Positions 31,482-40,451 of a stretch of 64,000 nucleotides of DNA are shown piece by piece. The position numbers and the translations under genes were made by a program. Positions within the stretch are counted from its first letter, which is position 1; each line of letters begins with the position of its first letter. Below the pieces are notes generated by a model. It made no database searches, was not told the DNA's origin, and saw only the letters and a list, made by a program, of their open reading frames with translations. The DNA lies in the IMG/VR virus record IMGVR_UViG_3300031857_000005, positions 1-64,000 of that record; one strand, written 5' to 3'.

Positions 31482-32315
31482 ATGAATAAAGCCGACAAAT
31501 ATTATATTCAAAATCTACAAAAGATTATATCAGAAGGATCTTGGGATGAAAATCCAAGACCCAAATATTCTGATGGAACACCATCACACTCAAAGTTTAT
31601 AACACAAGTGTTTGAAGAGTATGATATTTTAAAAGGTGAGTTTCCAATTACAACATTAAGGAATACTGCAATCAAAACAGGAATTAAAGAAATACTTTGG
31701 ATATACCAAAAACAAACTTCATCACTTGAGGTTGCTCGTGAATTGGGAATTAACTGGTGGGAAGAATGGAATATTGGTGATAATAGTATTGGGCAAAGAT
31801 ATGGTGCAACAATCAAAAGATACAATTTAATGAATAAATTACTTGATGGGTTAGTTAATGACCCATTTGGTAGGAGACACATTATTAGTATGTATCAGTA
31901 TGTTGATTTAAAAGAAACAAATGGTTTATTTCCTTGTGCATATGAAATCCTTTGTTCCGTTAGAAAGGTAGGTGAAGATAAAGTGTTGGATATGACATTA
32001 ATCCAAAGATCAAACGACTACTTGGTTGCAGGATATATCAACAAGATACAATATTTAGCATTACAAATGATGATTGCAGGACATTGTGGTTATAAGATTG
32101 GTAAGTTTTGTCATCTCGTTCAAAATCTTCATATATATGATAGACATTTTGATGGTGTTTATGAATTATTAAATAGAACACCATTGGAAACAGATTTACC
32201 ATACATTGAGTTAACGGAAAATAAAAACTTCTATGATTATACTATTGACGACTTCAAAGTCCGTAATGTAGATAAAATAACAAAGTTAAGTTCAGAATTG
32301 GAACTTGCAATATAA
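31482..32315 (+). CDS. thyA: thymidylate synthase
   Basis: IGQRYG, DPFGRRHI, LFPCAY, QRSND, N.IQY..L, VQNLHIYDRH. Confidence 0.95.
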   Translation: MNKADKYYIQNLQKIISEGSWDENPRPKYSDGTPSHSKFITQVFEEYDILKGEFPITTLRNTAIKTGIKEILWIYQKQTSSLEVARELGINWWEEWNIGDNSIGQRYGATIKRYNLMNKLLDGLVNDPFGRRHIISMYQYVDLKETNGLFPCAYEILCSVRKVGEDKVLDMTLIQRSNDYLVAGYINKIQYLALQMMIAGHCGYKIGKFCHLVQNLHIYDRHFDGVYELLNRTPLETDLPYIELTENKNFYDYTIDDFKVRNVDKITKLSSELELAI

Positions 32316-32577
32316 AATTAAAAAACTATGGAAAGAGACACATCGTGGGATGATCCACAACTATCAGATGGTGATATGCCAATCAGACAACAGAACGCAC
32401 TTAAAAACACATTTCCTGATATGGAAATCCAAAAAGAAATTAAACCACAATCACAACTTGAGGAACTTGATGACTATTTGAGAATGTTGGCAGATATGGA
32501 TAAGATTGGAATTAGAAGAAAGATTGTATTATTGGAAGGATATATTAATAAGATTAAAAACCAAATAAAGGATTAAA

Positions 32578-32958
32578 ATGTCCAATAAAAAACCTGATAA
32601 TGTTTCTGACAATCCTGGCATATTACCTTATGGTAGTAATGTCGGGGCACCAGCAATTATTCAAGATAACATTGATGAGTGGAAATTGATTAAAGTAAAT
32701 AAGGTTAATAAACAATTTGAAAGTAAGTTTTTGGAGATTAAAAAAGAATATGAAAAACTTATTGAAGAATATGAATGGAACGAACTTGTTTATAAATCAA
32801 AATTCAATTTTGAACCTGTGATAGGTGAGACATATCATCTTTATTATAACAAGATGGGAAATACATTCTTATCTATTATTGAACCAAACCAATGGAATTA
32901 TGATCTAATTGGTTCATTCATATATAACCACGATAATAAATGGATAAAAAAGGGTTGA
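32578..32958 (+). CDS. DUF2452-like protein
   Basis: LPYGSNVGAP.I, VY.SKFNFEPVIGETYHLY, FLSII.P..W. Confidence 0.65.
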   Translation: MSNKKPDNVSDNPGILPYGSNVGAPAIIQDNIDEWKLIKVNKVNKQFESKFLEIKKEYEKLIEEYEWNELVYKSKFNFEPVIGETYHLYYNKMGNTFLSIIEPNQWNYDLIGSFIYNHDNKWIKKG

Positions 32959-33007
32959 AGTTTTAATTTTCAATATTAATATATATTAAGAAAAACAAAT
33001 TAAGGAT

Positions 33008-33400
33008 ATGAAGAAAGTAAGTTTTGATTTTGATGGAACCATTTCCCGTCACTTTGGCGGACAACCAAATCCATTTGAGGATGATGTTAGAAATATGGTT
33101 AAACGATTAATAAATGATGGGCATGATGTTCACATTATAACAAGACGATATGGAAATCCAATGATGACAGAAAATCGTGTTGTTTATGATGTTGCGGAAA
33201 TGTTGGGAATAAATCCTGAGAATATTCATTTTACCAATAGAGAATGGAAGTTTAATAAAATTAATGAATTGGGTATTGAATATCACATTGATGATGATAT
33301 GACAGATATTGATTATATTAAAAATAATTGTGGTAATACAAAAGGATTTTTATTGAATAACAATGGACCTGAAGGGTTTTATAAATTGATTAACCAATGA
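33008..33400 (+). CDS. HAD-like hydrolase
   Basis: SFDFDGTI, HIITRR, HIDDD. Confidence 0.7.
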   Translation: MKKVSFDFDGTISRHFGGQPNPFEDDVRNMVKRLINDGHDVHIITRRYGNPMMTENRVVYDVAEMLGINPENIHFTNREWKFNKINELGIEYHIDDDMTDIDYIKNNCGNTKGFLLNNNGPEGFYKLINQ

Positions 33401-33867
33401 TAATACATATTTTACCTGAAGAATTTGAGGAAGGATTAAAGGATCCTTGGAAAGCTGGTTTAATTAAAAATCCTTCTATTGATTATGCAACCAACTGTGT
33501 TCACGGATGGTTTGAGGATCAAGATGTGATAGTGTTTAGATTCAAACCATATGGATTTATAAATGACAATAGATACAATTCATACGAAATCTCATATGGA
33601 ATGGCAGGAATAACAATTAATATTACTGTATAATGAAAACAAGAATCCATGTTAATCAACATTATATTCGATCCAATAAGACAAAGGATACCAAACTTCC
33701 TGTTATAACAATCAAACAAGGAAGAAAGAACACCTATTGTAATGAGGTTGAGATACTTGGACCAAGTAGAATTGTTTATTGTGGAAGTGGGGATAAAAAA
33801 CCAATATTAAGTTGTGGTGCAAGGGTTGTGATAGAAACTGAAAGTGAAATTAAAATTATAAGTTAAT

Positions 33868-34623
33868 ATGAAAAGAATAGAAAAAATATTATTTAAAATA
33901 ATTGATAAGGAAATTACTAATGTTGACACATACTATAATTCTGGTTCACTTTGGTTAATTTTTACTGATGAGAAAAAGTGGGTTGTTGAATTTACTGACA
34001 GTGGTGTATTATGGTTTAATTATTCTTTTTTTAATGATATTTTTTCTTGGATTGGATTAACTGATAAAAAAGAAGAATACATTAAAAAATGGTTTGAAGA
34101 AAGATTTTTATTTAAACCAAAGGTTGAAGATACCATCCAAAATGGGGTGAAGAACACCAAAATGATAGGAATTTGGAATCAAACTCGTGTTGAAGATACC
34201 ATTCAAAATGGGGTGAAACACACCAGTTGTCTAGAGCTGCGTACCCTAAAAATAGTTGAAGATACCATTCAAAATGGGGTGAAGGACACCCTTCCTTGGT
34301 CAAACAATCCGTTGCAAGCAGTTGAATATACCATTCAAAATGGGGTGAAACACACCTTTAAAGGTAACCTCCGTTTTAACGATAAAGTTGAGGACACCAT
34401 TCAAAATGGGGTGAAGGAAATATATAGCACACTACGACGAACTATTCTTGGGGTTGATGATATCCTTAAAAATGGGATTAAGGAAACCAAAAGTATGGGT
34501 GGAAAAAGAAATGGTAGAGTTGATAATACCATTGAAAATGGGGTAAAACATTGTGAAGATGGTGATTGGTTAGATGGAGACGAAAGAATTGATAAAATTG
34601 TTGAAAATGGTTTGAAAGTATAA
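33868..34623 (+). CDS. phage protein whose C-terminal two thirds are 22-aa VEDTIQNGVK repeats encoded by a CRISPR-like array
   Basis: open frame runs through 8 repeats and 7 spacers; stop codon falls at the end of the last degenerate repeat. Confidence 0.75.
   Translation: MKRIEKILFKIIDKEITNVDTYYNSGSLWLIFTDEKKWVVEFTDSGVLWFNYSFFNDIFSWIGLTDKKEEYIKKWFEERFLFKPKVEDTIQNGVKNTKMIGIWNQTRVEDTIQNGVKHTSCLELRTLKIVEDTIQNGVKDTLPWSNNPLQAVEYTIQNGVKHTFKGNLRFNDKVEDTIQNGVKEIYSTLRRTILGVDDILKNGIKETKSMGGKRNGRVDNTIENGVKHCEDGDWLDGDERIDKIVENGLKV
34123..34623. CRISPR. CRISPR-like array: 36-nt repeats with 30-nt unique spacers, type VI-B-like on the minus strand, no cas genes in window
   Basis: repeats at 34123, 34189, 34255, 34321, 34387, 34453, 34519 and degenerate 34588; consensus GTTGAAGATACCATTCAAAATGGGGTGAAACACACC; six 30-nt spacers and one 33-nt spacer; internal palindrome CCATT-CAA-AATGG. 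Confidence 0.65.
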
Positions 34624-34903
34624 AAAATGTTGTATATTTGTCATATGAATTTATGGGAAAAAGCACATTCTGAAATATACAACTCTAAAGAAGGAGATTC
34701 TTGGGGTGACATTAAAGTAGTTAAACGAACTCCAAAAAAAATATATTTGGAATCAGGTTTAATTATAACAATAAAAGATAGTAAATACGGGTTTCAGTAT
34801 CTGACATCCAAAAGTATAAAAAGGGGAACAAGAAGTTACCCATTGGTTGATCAAATATTGAGAGACATTGAAGGTTATTTAATTTACAAAATACACTCAA
34901 AAA

Positions 34904-35602
34904 ATGAAATACAAATTAACAATAATATCTGACACACATAATAAACACAAAGTGTTAAATGGGGATTTACCAGGTGGTGATATTCTACTTCATGGTGGTG
35001 ACATATCCTCAATGGGATATGAACACGAGATTGAGGGGTTTGCCAAGTGGTACGACAAACTTGATAACTACGATCATAAAGCGTTCATTGCAGGAAATCA
35101 CGATTGGGGATTCCAAAATAATGTAGAAAAGATTAAAGGTATTTTGACAGGATATAAATCAATTGATTATATTCAAGACGAGATGATTACCATCCAAGAT
35201 GGTGATAAACCTGAGATTAAAATTTGGGGTAGTCCTTGGCAACCTGAGTTTTATGATTGGGCTTTTAATTTACCAAAAAATGGTGAAGAGTTGAAATCAA
35301 AATGGGACATGATCCCTGAAGGTATTGATATCTTAATTACACACGGACCTGCTTGGGGTATGTTGGATGATGTTGAAGGTAGAAGAGGACAACATTTGGG
35401 TTGTGAATTACTTGCGGAAAGAATCAAACAAATCAAACCAAAGATTCATATCTGTGGACATATCCATAGTGGGTACGGACACTATTATGATGGACACACA
35501 CATTACTTCAATGCGTCAGTATTGAATGAACAATACTTATATACACATACTCCTTGGAATATTGAGTGGAATCCAATAACAAATGAAATTAATTTTTTAT
35601 GA
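34904..35602 (+). CDS. metallophosphoesterase (MPPED-like)
   Basis: ISDTHNKH, HGGD, AGNHD, LITHGP, HICGHIH. Confidence 0.9.
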   Translation: MKYKLTIISDTHNKHKVLNGDLPGGDILLHGGDISSMGYEHEIEGFAKWYDKLDNYDHKAFIAGNHDWGFQNNVEKIKGILTGYKSIDYIQDEMITIQDGDKPEIKIWGSPWQPEFYDWAFNLPKNGEELKSKWDMIPEGIDILITHGPAWGMLDDVEGRRGQHLGCELLAERIKQIKPKIHICGHIHSGYGHYYDGHTHYFNASVLNEQYLYTHTPWNIEWNPITNEINFL

Positions 35603-36049
35603 TGGAATTAGAAGTTAGAACATTAAATATGACTCAATTGAAATTAATTAGATTTGATTTTGATATGTCACAAAGAGAATTGATAGAAGAATTATTTGGT
35701 TCTATGACAAGAGAAGAACAAGTATGGGCTCAAAAAATGAGTTTAACCATTCCAAATATTAGTTCTGAGGAATTTGATAAGGATGTTTGGGACATTGTAT
35801 TGGTGGATAATTATTTACTTGATTGTATAGAATATATACTAAATAAGTACAATACAAGATATACCGTGGCTGACATTAGTGAAAATTATTATCATCGCGA
35901 TATCTTAATTGAAGAGTTGTTATCTACCAGCATTGATTCATATCTTGATGAATACCTAACAATAGACATGGTTCTTGATAGGATTAATGAAATTGGGATT
36001 AATGGGATTAATAAATTTGAAAAATCTTTTTTAGAAAGATACAATTCAA

Positions 36050-36081
36050 TTTGATTATTCAAAAGTAAATTTATATATTTG
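36050..36081 (+). promoter_or_regulatory. Bacteroidota-type promoter
   Basis: TTTG-N20-TATATTTG upstream of ORF 36115-36366. Confidence 0.7.
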
Positions 36082-36370
36082 TATTATTGTTAAACTAAAA
36101 ATAAAAGAAAAAAAATGGCAACAAAATCAGGATTAAAAGGAAGGTACATTTGTAAAGTTGGACACTTGGATGTTTACGCTAAAGACACAATGAAACCAAA
36201 GAAAAACCGTAGACCTGGATCAACAGAAACAGAAGTTGGATCGACGGTATACAATGTTTATCATTCTAAGAAAATGGTTGAGAAAGGTATGAAAACCAAA
36301 GACGAGGCGATTGTTAAAGCAATTGAGGCTTTGGGTAATAAGTACCGAGCAATTTATAATTTGTAAAACA

Positions 36371-36397
36371 AAAGTCGGATGAAAGTCCGACTTTGTT
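36371..36397 (+). terminator. hairpin, probable terminator
   Basis: AAAGTCGGA-TGAAAG-TCCGACTTT. Confidence 0.65.
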
Positions 36398-36409
36398 GTA
36401 TTTATAAGT

Positions 36410-36829
36410 GTGAGAAATATTATTAGACAGATATTAAAAGAAGAAACCAAAATAGCTGACAGAATTAAAAAAATGATTCAGAGGTTATTTCCTGATACAT
36501 TAGTTTATACTGATTTTTTTTACGATAATTATGATGACGAGGATGTTGAGTATAATATAAGAATAACTTATAGATTGTCAGAAAAAACAAGAATTAGTGA
36601 GGATGAATATGGTGGTGTTAAACCATATGAAGGAGTTATAGTTTTTGATATTCTAAAAATTGAGTCAACAACATATGATAGTCGTGATGAATATAAAACT
36701 TTCTATTATGACGATGACTTACCTGAAGTGGTTTGGGATGTGTTCCAAGAATCCTTATATGAAAAGATTGAACCAATTACACCATTCTTATATTCCTATA
36801 TAAGTTTTGATATTAATACAAGAACATAG
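36410..36829 (+). CDS. leader-family protein (IRQILKEE type)
   Basis: GTG start, MRNIIRQILKEE; TATTTAT at 36399-36405. Confidence 0.75.
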   Translation: MRNIIRQILKEETKIADRIKKMIQRLFPDTLVYTDFFYDNYDDEDVEYNIRITYRLSEKTRISEDEYGGVKPYEGVIVFDILKIESTTYDSRDEYKTFYYDDDLPEVVWDVFQESLYEKIEPITPFLYSYISFDINTRT

Positions 36830-37823
36830 ATTGAAATGTGTTAAACGACATTGGTTGTTTAACATTTGGATTATATTTAAATGATACATTCATATCAACA
36901 ACAGGTCTTCTACCTAATGGAATTGAAAGTCCCCTACTAACCTGATACTCCAAAGATTCTTTAATATCGTCCTCACCAACATTTGGCATTTCACCTTTAA
37001 AGAATTCACCATCACCTTTAACAACTTTTCTTTCTTCCATCTTTTGAACATTTGTTACTAGTACATCAACAATCGCTCTATTCTCAATAACATCAAATGA
37101 TGTAATCTTAAATGTGACTTTTATTTTACTGTCACCCCATCCTGAAGTTATAAATAAGTTTTTGTTTTCAACCTCTGAACTTGTTAATGATGATTTAAAA
37201 TGCTCTTCTTTCTTTGATATTAATTCATCTAAAGTAATTCTACCCTCAATAATTTTATTCATTTCTTCTCTTGATACTGAAATCATTTCCTCACCAATTT
37301 CTCTATTATATCTGGTAGGACGAGAATGACTCATATGTTTGGAAGTTGATGAAGAATAATTATAATCTACGGCAAACCATTTACCAAATTTGAATGCGTA
37401 TATTGGATACCAACCATATGATGAAACAACATAAACCCATTCATTATCACGACTATTCTTCCAATTACCCTCCAAGTTAGAACCTTTAAATGGTATTTTG
37501 TCGGCAACATAAGTTGAGGATAATGTATTACTTGTTCTTTTTTGATTTAAGAACCTTTTTGGATCCTTGTAATTAGATTGAGTTACATTCTCATAATCAC
37601 CATCAGGACGATAGTTTAATGTGTAGATATTATAATATTTACGAGCTTCATTCCTTGGAATATTAAATGTGGATAATGAGTTCTCAAAGAAGTCTAACAT
37701 CTTTTTTTCAGTTCCCAAATCTCTTTTAAATTTATTAACAAATTTAAAAAGACGAATCTCCATCGGATTGAAGATACTTTTTTCAGTTTCTTCCTTTATA
37801 ATGTATTTAATTAAATCTTTCAT
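36813..37823 (-). CDS. leader-family protein (MKDLIKYIIKEE)
   Basis: minus-strand TATTTAT at 37830-37836; YVVSSYGWYPIY...YSSSTSKH module. Confidence 0.8.
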   Translation of the reverse strand: MKDLIKYIIKEETEKSIFNPMEIRLFKFVNKFKRDLGTEKKMLDFFENSLSTFNIPRNEARKYYNIYTLNYRPDGDYENVTQSNYKDPKRFLNQKRTSNTLSSTYVADKIPFKGSNLEGNWKNSRDNEWVYVVSSYGWYPIYAFKFGKWFAVDYNYSSSTSKHMSHSRPTRYNREIGEEMISVSREEMNKIIEGRITLDELISKKEEHFKSSLTSSEVENKNLFITSGWGDSKIKVTFKITSFDVIENRAIVDVLVTNVQKMEERKVVKGDGEFFKGEMPNVGEDDIKESLEYQVSRGLSIPLGRRPVVDMNVSFKYNPNVKQPMSFNTFQSMFLY

Positions 37824-37883
37824 CTCTTAATAAATATATCTACAATAATGTTTTGATACATATTATAATTAAATAAAAAGAAA

Positions 37884-38237
37884 ATGGCACATCCAATAAT
37901 CCACGCAAAAAGCTCGGCAAAACAATTCGGAGGGAATTGGGAAGAATACATACATCTACACGAATGGATGGATCAAACTAAATCATGGGTAGGACATTCA
38001 GATCATAGAATGTTTCTACATCATTCGGAAGGTATTTTTATAGGGGAGAAAACCTTTGGGACACACTTCAAAAATAGTGAGGATAAAATAGTATACACCA
38101 GATATGTTTTAGAACAACATATAAAAGAAGACTGTAATAATTACATTCCGTCTGCAAAAGAATGGGTTACGGCAATGAAAAATCACGACAAACCATTATG
38201 GATGATTAAAACGATGAAGTTAGATTTCAACGATTAA
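37884..38237 (+). CDS. DUF6915-like protein
   Basis: MAHP..HA.SSA..FGG, HR..LHH..GIF..E..FG, EQHI.ED. Confidence 0.65.
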   Translation: MAHPIIHAKSSAKQFGGNWEEYIHLHEWMDQTKSWVGHSDHRMFLHHSEGIFIGEKTFGTHFKNSEDKIVYTRYVLEQHIKEDCNNYIPSAKEWVTAMKNHDKPLWMIKTMKLDFND

Positions 38238-38261
38238 TACTATTTATTAATAAAAATTAAG

Positions 38262-38945
38262 ATGAATAGACAACTTAAATCATTATTTGACTTCCTAAAA
38301 AGAATGGGTGCAACCGAAGGAAATATAAACTTTGGAATTTGGGATGATAATATTGAATATACTGATCAAAATATCACAAATGAAAATGGGAAAAACATCC
38401 CAATACCACCACCACTTGATAGATATCTTGAAACTATTGTTGATGAGCATATGGATGAAATATATAAAGATAAAAGGGAAGAAGATACGGGGTATAGAAG
38501 AGTGTATATGACATTTGATTTAGATAATTATAAAATCAAAATGGAAATTGAAGCTCAGTTTTATGATAGTGAGACTGACGGAAGTTCGTATGATTTTAAA
38601 GATGAAAAACCTAATTGGGGTAAAGTTGTTAACGAAGTATTTGATGAATTAGATTACAATGGTGTAATCATTTTAAGTTATGAAGGTGGTGGAGATAGTG
38701 GATACATACAATCTGAAATGAGTTTAACTGATAAAGGTGAAGAGGTTCCTATTGACGATAGATTAGAGGACATTGGATATTTTATGTTAAATGGTTCATT
38801 TAGTGGTTGGGAAATTAATGAAGGTTCTCAAGGACATATGTACTTCAATAGACAAGAGGCTTGGATTGAACATACTTGGAATACCGAAAAAGACAGAGAA
38901 TGTTATAATGATATTATAATATCTGCGAATGACACTACCGACTAA
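38262..38945 (+). CDS. DUF6878-like protein
   Basis: YEGGGDSG, GWEINEGSQG; TATTTAT at 38241-38247. Confidence 0.55.
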   Translation: MNRQLKSLFDFLKRMGATEGNINFGIWDDNIEYTDQNITNENGKNIPIPPPLDRYLETIVDEHMDEIYKDKREEDTGYRRVYMTFDLDNYKIKMEIEAQFYDSETDGSSYDFKDEKPNWGKVVNEVFDELDYNGVIILSYEGGGDSGYIQSEMSLTDKGEEVPIDDRLEDIGYFMLNGSFSGWEINEGSQGHMYFNRQEAWIEHTWNTEKDRECYNDIIISANDTTD

Positions 38946-38993
38946 TCAAACAATGACATATTTATAATAAAATAAACAAATAAAATTTTAAAT

Positions 38994-39590
38994 ATGTCTT
39001 ATACTAAAGAACAAGTTGAAACGGCAGTAAAAGCCAAAGGGTATGTTTGGTTTGAAGATACCAACAATAAAGGTTATGATGTTAATATTGTAGGAATTAG
39101 AAATTCTGCAACAGGTGATAAAGTAACAAATCTTTTTGATGATTATCTAACAATTTCTTACAAAGAAAATGGTGAATGGAAATTCCATATTTGGGCAGCA
39201 ACAACTGATCCAGGAACAAAAGGTGTAATGCAATATGGTAATAAAGCTGGTGTTGCAAGATTGGTTGAGGGACAATATCGTGGTTCACACACTATGAGAC
39301 TTCATGCTGGTAAATATGAGGCTTTAGGGCAAAACAAACCTGTGAAAGTATTTAGAGATCCTAACAAGGATATGAAATATGATGAAACCAAAATTCAGGA
39401 AGGAGTTTTTGGTATTAATATTCATAAGGCAGGTGCCGACTCAACTTATGTTGAAAACTGGAGTGAGGGATGTCAAGTATTTAAAAAATCAAAAGATTTT
39501 GAAGAATTTATGAATATTTGTAGAAAGGCTAAAGGGATTCACGGAAATTCATTTACATATACTTTAATTGAAACTGCGGATATTAAATAA
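38994..39590 (+). CDS. putative L,D-transpeptidase (YkuD)-like murein enzyme
   Basis: GINIHKAG...WSEGCQVF His...Cys catalytic pattern; TTDPG; TATTTAT at 38959-38965. Confidence 0.55.
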   Translation: MSYTKEQVETAVKAKGYVWFEDTNNKGYDVNIVGIRNSATGDKVTNLFDDYLTISYKENGEWKFHIWAATTDPGTKGVMQYGNKAGVARLVEGQYRGSHTMRLHAGKYEALGQNKPVKVFRDPNKDMKYDETKIQEGVFGINIHKAGADSTYVENWSEGCQVFKKSKDFEEFMNICRKAKGIHGNSFTYTLIETADIK

Positions 39591-39889
39591 TGAAAATTAT
39601 TATCACTGAAAAACAAATGTCTAAACTTGCGGGTAACAAAATTACCTGCAAGTGTGGACATTCTTGGGTAAAAGAAGATGGTGATGAACACCCATATTTA
39701 TGTCATTCTTGTGGTTGGGATCAAGACCAAGGTAAGTATGATAAAAAAGAACTTAAGAAGTTTTGGGATAATTATGATGGAGAAATAAATGAAAAGTGGT
39801 CTGAAAAATACAAACAATCAATAGATTGTAATAATGCAAAAGGATTCTCTCAAAGAGCACATTGTCAAGGAAGAAAGAAAAGAAAATGA
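39590..39889 (+). CDS. leader-family protein with Zn ribbon and KWS..YK.SI.C..GFSQ.AHC module
   Basis: MKIIITEKQ; CKCGHSW...CHSCG; INE-KWSEKYKQSIDC. Confidence 0.7.
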   Translation: MKIIITEKQMSKLAGNKITCKCGHSWVKEDGDEHPYLCHSCGWDQDQGKYDKKELKKFWDNYDGEINEKWSEKYKQSIDCNNAKGFSQRAHCQGRKKRK

Positions 39890-40431
39890 AACTAATCTTA
39901 AATGAAAATCAAATTACCAAATTAGCAATCCAAGGAAACAAAAGGATTAAGAATGCGATATTCAAAATATGGAATGATATCGGAGATAACGATATGCTTT
40001 TTGCTCAAACACATAATATATTAGGGTTTTCACCTGAAACAATTGAACAAACCACAGGTTTAGGACGCACATTATCAATGTATTATTTAGAATGGAAAGG
40101 TGGTGTTGATGAAAACGGGAATTTAAATTTTTCAAAATTGGAAGAAGAGTTATTTAAGCCAAGAACTATTACCTCATCTCATTTGAAAATTAAATTAAAT
40201 TATGAACCATTTGATTATGAGATTGAGAATGACAAAGTACCATATGACATTCTTGTTAAAATAAAGATTTGGGAGAATTGGGGTGCTAAATTTAAGGAAT
40301 ATTATGATGATTTTGGTGATGATAGTCAGGTAGTTCATGATGTTTTATATGATATTTATGAAGAACTAAATGCCGAAATATACAAAAAAACAGGATTTTT
40401 CATAATGACTATTATGGAATTTGTTGATTAA
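39886..40431 (+). CDS. leader-family protein (MKLILNENQ)
   Basis: ATGA overlap with the previous stop codon. Confidence 0.7.
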   Translation: MKLILNENQITKLAIQGNKRIKNAIFKIWNDIGDNDMLFAQTHNILGFSPETIEQTTGLGRTLSMYYLEWKGGVDENGNLNFSKLEEELFKPRTITSSHLKIKLNYEPFDYEIENDKVPYDILVKIKIWENWGAKFKEYYDDFGDDSQVVHDVLYDIYEELNAEIYKKTGFFIMTIMEFVD

Positions 40432-40451
40432 TAATTTTATTCTTATATTTG
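40420..40451 (+). promoter_or_regulatory. Bacteroidota-type promoter
   Basis: TTTG-N20-TATATTTG upstream of short ORFs 40.5-42.2 kb. Confidence 0.7.

Noticed and set aside
34112-34303. Minus-strand ORF across the CRISPR-like array (SPHFEWY repeats)
   Set aside because: Covers only part of the array and is closed by stops, whereas the plus frame stays open throughout.
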